From NCBI GenBank assembly GCA_964654245.1, contig CAZZGO010000001.1, positions 1 through 63,190 of the forward strand: 63,190 nt of DNA, written 5' to 3'. This stretch comes from an uncultured Pseudobdellovibrionaceae bacterium (lineage in GTDB: Bacteria; Pseudomonadota; Alphaproteobacteria; Micavibrionales; Micavibrionaceae). Below the pieces are notes generated by a model, which saw nothing but the letters and a program-made list of their open reading frames with translations, made no database searches and had not been told where the DNA came from. Shown in pieces: positions 58,525 through 63,190 of the stretch; positions within the stretch are counted from its first letter, which is position 1; every line of letters starts with the position of its first letter. The position numbers and the translations under genes were made by a program.

Positions 58525-58697
58525 GTTCGCGTCTGATCACCCCTTATGACCGTTTTTTTGACGATGCGTCTTAATTTTTTTATGTCTTTTTATATAAGGA
58601 GAGTAAGGTCAAAAAGTAAATCTTAATCTGAATTTGTATGAGAGCTTTGCGTGATATGATTTTTTCTGAAGCCTAAACGATATAAATATTTAATATT

Positions 58698-59432
58698 ATG
58701 AAAATAAAAGCCTTGATCGATATCGTTCTACCCCCCCGGTGCCCGTTGTCCGGGGAATGTGTGGATTCGCCCGGGATGCTCTCGCCGTCGGTGTGGAAAA
58801 AATTATCCTTCATCAGCGATCCTGTCTGTTCGGCATGTGGCGTCCCTTTCGATTTCACCATAGACACCCAAGGGATGGTATGTGCGTCCTGCCTGAAAAA
58901 CCGTCCGGCCTATGACCACGCACGGTCGGCTTTGGTGTACGAAGAGACATCACGTGACCTGATTTTGGGGTTCAAGCATGGGGATCAAACACAGAATGTT
59001 CATGCCTTTATCCCTTGGTTGAAAATGGCGGGCGCACCTTTTTGGCCAGAAGCGGATGTTTTAATCCCCGTACCGCTCCATTGGACCCGCTTACTTCGGC
59101 GCAGATATAATCAATCGGCACTGATGGCTCAGGCCTTGGGGAAGGATATGAATATCCCTGTGCACCTGTCGGCACTGGCACGGCAGAGAGCTACCCCCAC
59201 CCAAGGTCATCTGAAAGCCAAAGACCGTGCCCGTAATGTGCGGGCGGCCTTTATCGTTCGGCCTCAATTTCACACATATATCAAAGATAAGAACATTGTT
59301 TTAATGGATGATGTTTATACCACAGGATCAACGGTCAAAGAATGTGCGCAGGCCTTGAGAGCCGCTGGGGCAGGGCAGGTGAATGTCCTAACGCTGGCAC
59401 GTGTCATTAAACGCCAAACACTTAATGTATGA
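58698..59432 (+). CDS. comF: ComF-family (amidophosphoribosyltransferase-like) protein
   Basis: 244 aa with N-terminal Cys pairs (CPLSGEC, CSACG, CASC) and the PRTase motif IVLMDDVYTTGST. Confidence 0.8.
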   Translation: MKIKALIDIVLPPRCPLSGECVDSPGMLSPSVWKKLSFISDPVCSACGVPFDFTIDTQGMVCASCLKNRPAYDHARSALVYEETSRDLILGFKHGDQTQNVHAFIPWLKMAGAPFWPEADVLIPVPLHWTRLLRRRYNQSALMAQALGKDMNIPVHLSALARQRATPTQGHLKAKDRARNVRAAFIVRPQFHTYIKDKNIVLMDDVYTTGSTVKECAQALRAAGAGQVNVLTLARVIKRQTLNV

Positions 59433-59441
59433 GAGTAGGGC

Positions 59442-60677
59442 TTATAAAGCACTCTCCTGCATGAGGCGGATATGTCCGGTAAGTGGCGATAAACCTTCTT
59501 TCATCATCACCTGACGCAAGGCCGGGAAGCGCGCCAGCGTCTTTAATCCTGTGCGCCGTAATCCCCGCAGAAATTCGGTATCGTTGCTGACCATGCGGTT
59601 GAGATTGTTGACCCCCCATGTTCGGGTCTGGATATCGGTCTGGCGGCGGGATTGATACCGCGACAGCACGAATAAATCCCCGATATCTTCGCCAAGGCGC
59701 GCTGAATCCGTCAATATTTCTGCGAGCACCGCCACATCGCGTAACGATAGGTTCAATCCTTGCGCCCCAATCGGAGAAAAGGCATGGGCGGCTTCGCCGG
59801 CAAGTGCCATTCTGGGCGCCACGAGTTTTTGTGCCGTTAACGTGACTAAGGGCCATGATTGCGGATCCGTCATCAGGGTAACGCGTCCTAGTGCATCTAA
59901 ACTTCTGTCTTGGATGGCGCGCTCTAGATCTTGTTTTTTTAAGCTGAGATAGGCAGAGATATCCTTGTCTTTTTCCACCCATACAATACTCGAGACATTC
60001 CCCGGCAACGGCACATAGGTGAATGGTCCCCCGGAACGATGATGTTCGGTTGAGATATTATGATGTGGGCGTGTATGGCGAATAAGACAGGTCATGGCCG
60101 TCTGGCCATAGGATTTTTTATCCAGTTCAATATGTGCGGTCTGGCGGACAATTGATTTTTTGCCGTCCGTGCCAATCACCAGCCGCGCCGTATAAACCCC
60201 GTGATCTGTCGTCAATTTAACACGGGCAGGCGACACGGCAATATCTGACACGCGGGTCTTGGGAAGATAGAATATATTCTCCAAGGTTTGGATACGCTGG
60301 ATCAGTGCAGGTTTTAAGACATGGTGGGGTATATTATATCCAAAAGAAGACCTGCCGATATCTTGGGGTTTAAAGTCAATCTGAAGCGGCGAGACATGAC
60401 CTGCGCTGTCATCAATGATCCGAAGTGTATCCAGCGGGCAAATCTTGTCGATGATATCCGGCCAAATGCCTGTGGCCTTGATAATATCGATTGATCCTCC
60501 CATTAACGCCACGGTTCGCCCGCTGGGGGTGGCAAAATGCTGTGGGTCTTCGGCATCCACAACACAGACCGAAAAACCAGAGTCCCCCAGAAGACAGGAC
60601 AGCACTAGTCCCGCCATGCCCCCGCCGACAATGGCCACATCAAAATTGTTTTTTTGCCCCAGCTCTTTTGTTTTCAT
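59442..60677 (-). CDS. FAD-dependent monooxygenase, UbiH/UbiF/VisC/COQ6 family
   Basis: 411 aa with DVAIVGGGMAGLVLS (dinucleotide fold), GEAAHAFSPIGAQGLNLSLRD, and the DG motif (LVIGTDGKKS). Confidence 0.85.
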   Translation of the reverse strand: MKTKELGQKNNFDVAIVGGGMAGLVLSCLLGDSGFSVCVVDAEDPQHFATPSGRTVALMGGSIDIIKATGIWPDIIDKICPLDTLRIIDDSAGHVSPLQIDFKPQDIGRSSFGYNIPHHVLKPALIQRIQTLENIFYLPKTRVSDIAVSPARVKLTTDHGVYTARLVIGTDGKKSIVRQTAHIELDKKSYGQTAMTCLIRHTRPHHNISTEHHRSGGPFTYVPLPGNVSSIVWVEKDKDISAYLSLKKQDLERAIQDRSLDALGRVTLMTDPQSWPLVTLTAQKLVAPRMALAGEAAHAFSPIGAQGLNLSLRDVAVLAEILTDSARLGEDIGDLFVLSRYQSRRQTDIQTRTWGVNNLNRMVSNDTEFLRGLRRTGLKTLARFPALRQVMMKEGLSPLTGHIRLMQESAL

Positions 60678-60725
60678 GGTGACGATCTATATGGTTTTAA
60701 GTATCTTAAAAGAAAAGGGATATCC

Positions 60726-60983
60726 ATGCCAATCATTGAAATGTACACCACCAAAATATGCCCCTATTGCGTTCGGGCAAAGGCTTTATTTGATACCAAA
60801 GGCGTTAAAGTCACGGAAATTGATGTTTCCGATGATGAAGACTTAAGAAACAAAATGATGCAACGTGCCGGCGGACGTCGTTCCGTGCCGCAGATTTTTA
60901 TTGGAGATCGCCATATTGGCGGGTGCGATGATTTATATGCTCTGAATGCCAAGGGTGAACTGGACTCATTACTCAAGGGATAA
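60726..60983 (+). CDS. grxC: glutaredoxin 3
   Basis: The ORF was trimmed to ATG 60726. 85 aa with the active site CPYC, then RRSVPQIFIGDRHIGGCDDL. Confidence 0.9.
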   Translation: MPIIEMYTTKICPYCVRAKALFDTKGVKVTEIDVSDDEDLRNKMMQRAGGRRSVPQIFIGDRHIGGCDDLYALNAKGELDSLLKG

Positions 60984-60987
60984 TGCG

Positions 60988-61800
60988 ATGAAAGCGGCGT
61001 GTATCCAAACCAATGCCAAAGCCTCTCTGGCTGAAAGCCGCGAAGAAGCCGAGCATTTAATTCGTTCGGCGGCGGGCAAGGGGGCGGGATTTATTCTAAC
61101 CCCCGAAAATACCTGCCGTATGCGGGCAGATAGGGCTGGAAAATTTGCTGAATCCTTCGTTCAGGATGAACATCCTTGCGTTTCTTTTTATTCTGCGCTG
61201 GCTGAAGAATTATCAATCCATTTATGCATTGGGTCTTTGTCTTCTATTCGGGTAGGTCATGATAAGTTGGCCAACCGATCATTTTTGTTCTCACCGCGCG
61301 GGCAGATTGTTTCGACCTACGATAAAATTCATATGTTTGATGTGGTTCTTCCGAATGGCGATATCTACCGGGAAAGTGACACGCATCAACGCGGGACAAA
61401 GGCCGTTATCGCGAATATCGGTGAGTCCATGGTGGGTATGACGATTTGTTATGATGTCCGGTTTCCCGCCTTATATCGTGCGCTGGCCCAAAAAGGCGCG
61501 CAGATTTTAACCATACCTGCCGCCTTTACGGTGCCAACTGGGCAGGCACACTGGGAGACATTGTTGCGTGCCCGCGCTATCGAAAACGGGGCGTATGTTC
61601 TAGCACCTGCCCAATGCGGTGTGCATGATGGCGGACGCGGCACATGGGGACATTCGATGATCATATCGCCGTGGGGAGATATATTGGCGCAGGCCGAAAA
61701 CCAGCCCACTTTTATTATGGTGGATTTAGATATGGATCAGGTCACCAAGGCACGTTCTGCTATTCCCTCATTGCGGCATGATCAGGAATATGCTTTTTAA
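60988..61800 (+). CDS. carbon-nitrogen hydrolase (Nit/nitrilase superfamily) protein
   Basis: The ORF was trimmed to ATG 60988. It has ...FILTPE (Glu), KIHMFD (Lys) and GMTICYDVRFP (Cys), the catalytic-triad contexts. Confidence 0.85.
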   Translation: MKAACIQTNAKASLAESREEAEHLIRSAAGKGAGFILTPENTCRMRADRAGKFAESFVQDEHPCVSFYSALAEELSIHLCIGSLSSIRVGHDKLANRSFLFSPRGQIVSTYDKIHMFDVVLPNGDIYRESDTHQRGTKAVIANIGESMVGMTICYDVRFPALYRALAQKGAQILTIPAAFTVPTGQAHWETLLRARAIENGAYVLAPAQCGVHDGGRGTWGHSMIISPWGDILAQAENQPTFIMVDLDMDQVTKARSAIPSLRHDQEYAF

Positions 61801-61806
61801 TAAGGC

Positions 61807-63190
61807 ATGACAAAGAATTTCTCTAATATTTATATGGGTTCCGTCACGGGTAAACCGGATCAAAAACAGTTCCTTGAACTTAAATGGGCTAATCGGCACG
61901 GGCTCATTGCCGGGGCGACGGGGACAGGTAAAACCGTGACCCTTCAGGTGTTGGCCGAAGGTTTTTCAAACGCAGGTGTGCCTGTTTTTATGGCTGATGT
62001 GAAAGGCGATCTATCAGGCATATGCGAGCCATCTACCCTCCCTGATTTTTTGGTTAAGCGAGCTGAGGCCATCCAGTTGACGGATTACCGTCCTCAGGCA
62101 TTCCCCGTCACGTTCTGGGATGTGTTTGGTAAAAAAGGTCACGCCGTTCGGACAACGATTTCTGAAATAGGCCCGCTTTTGCTCTCTCGCATGCTGGAAT
62201 TAAATGATACGCAGGAAGGGGTTTTAAATATCGCCTTTCGTTATGCCGACGAACAGGGATTGGTGTTGCTGGATCTTAAGGATCTTCGGGCGCTATTGAA
62301 TGCGGTACATGATCATGCCGCCGATATATCAAAAGAATATGGTCAGGTGAGTAAGCCATCTATCGCCACCATTCAACGCGCCTTGCTTCGGCTGGAAGAT
62401 CAGGGGGCAGATCAATTTTTTGCCGAGCCCGCGATTGATTTGAATGATTTTATGCGCACAGACGCCGATGGAAAGGGGCATATCAATATCCTGTCGGCCG
62501 AACAATTAATGGCCTCGCCGCGACTGTATGCGACATTTTTGCTCTGGTTGCTGGCAGAGCTTTTTGAGAACCTGCCCGAAGCGGGGGATAGCGAAAAACC
62601 CAAGCTGGTTTTCTTTTTTGACGAAGCCCATTTGTTATTTGATGATGCCCCTAAGTCGCTAAGCGATAAAATTGAACAAGTTGTCCGGTTAATTCGTTCC
62701 AAAGGGGTAGGTATTTATTTTGTGACGCAAAATCCGCAAGACATACCCGACTCTGTTTTGGGACAGCTGGGAAACAGAGTACAACATGCACTGCGCGCTT
62801 TTACGCCCCAGCAACAGAAATTTATCAAAAATGCGGCTGTTACCTACCGGGCGAATCCGGATTTTGCTGTCGAAACGGCGATCACGGATTTGGCGGTGGG
62901 GGAAGCTCTGGTATCCACCCTTGAAGATAAGGGTAATCCATCGATCGTTCAGCGTATCTTGATCCGTCCGCCGGCATCCAAATTGGGCGTCGCCAGTGCG
63001 CAGGCACACCGCCTGACCATGATGTCAGATGGGATAGGGGATAAGTATGCGGCCGTTCAAGACCGGGAAAGTGCGTATGAGGTCTTAAAAGCCAAAGCCG
63101 AACAGGCCGCCAGCCAAGCCGAACAAGCGCAAACTAGTGCGAAGACATCCCCGCCTAAATCCGGACGCACCCGGGAGACCATGGGCGAAG
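61807..63190 (+). CDS. DUF853 / HerA-like P-loop ATPase (YjgR-like), 3' end beyond the window
   Basis: I translated it manually and it is open from ATG 61807 to the window end. It has Walker [15 protein letters not shown] and Walker [14 protein letters not shown]. It is not in the ORF track because there is no stop. Confidence 0.8.
   Translation, partial: MTKNFSNIYMGSVTGKPDQKQFLELKWANRHGLIAGATGTGKTVTLQVLAEGFSNAGVPVFMADVKGDLSGICEPSTLPDFLVKRAEAIQLTDYRPQAFPVTFWDVFGKKGHAVRTTISEIGPLLLSRMLELNDTQEGVLNIAFRYADEQGLVLLDLKDLRALLNAVHDHAADISKEYGQVSKPSIATIQRALLRLEDQGADQFFAEPAIDLNDFMRTDADGKGHINILSAEQLMASPRLYATFLLWLLAELFENLPEAGDSEKPKLVFFFDEAHLLFDDAPKSLSDKIEQVVRLIRSKGVGIYFVTQNPQDIPDSVLGQLGNRVQHALRAFTPQQQKFIKNAAVTYRANPDFAVETAITDLAVGEALVSTLEDKGNPSIVQRILIRPPASKLGVASAQAHRLTMMSDGIGDKYAAVQDRESAYEVLKAKAEQAASQAEQAQTSAKTSPPKSGRTRETMGE

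Noticed and set aside
1-63190. Search for CRISPR arrays, IS elements, transposases or integrases, prophage genes, tRNA/rRNA/tmRNA
   Set aside because: I saw no short-period repeat-spacer array, no recombinase-like ORF, and no cloverleaf-compatible or rRNA-like intergenic segment. The intergenic regions are short, and the longer ones are AT-rich promoter-type sequence. A tRNAscan/Infernal run would be needed to exclude small RNAs formally.

Overview
This is a chromosomal segment of a flagellated alphaproteobacterium. Supporting markers are fliX, a CckA-like hybrid kinase right after flhB, a DUF1013/TrcR-like gene, a petABC operon, a GTTC-N7-GTTC LexA box before recA and a Cys-poor DksA. Bases 1-28,200 hold a large flagellar cluster. 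It comprises flgI-flgJ-(flgN-like)-fliK-flgD-flgE on the minus strand, then fliX-dksA, then flgF-flgG-flgA-flgH on the minus strand. It continues with fliL-fliM plus two accessory genes, cheY-cheZ, two MotB-like genes plus a ~1,020-aa periplasmic TPR protein, (flhB-C-like)-fliO-fliP on the minus strand, and flgB-flgC-fliE-fliQ-fliR-flhB. At least three sigma-54-type promoters are readable. The rest is housekeeping: cckA-like, recA, smpB, dapA, slt, cca, hemF, trmL, petABC, a Na/Pi transporter, an ALDH7-like dehydrogenase, gloB, comF, a ubiH-family gene, grxC, nit and a DUF853 ATPase. The most unusual items are listed below. (1) A sequence-identical 3,669-bp tandem duplication (44416..48084 and 48104..51772) is joined by a 19-nt filler; it truncates one ALDH copy and duplicates a petC tail, a small membrane protein, DUF924 and the Na/Pi transporter. 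(2) fliM is split by a frameshift inside a G10 homopolymer. (3) Several flagellar-cluster genes are uncharacterised, including a MotB-like pair without motA and the giant TPR protein. (4) An 816-aa methyltransferase fusion protein sits in a tightly coupled operon. (5) A stand-alone nucleotidyltransferase-head paralog lies next to cca. I found no rRNA, tRNA, CRISPR array, transposase or integrase.
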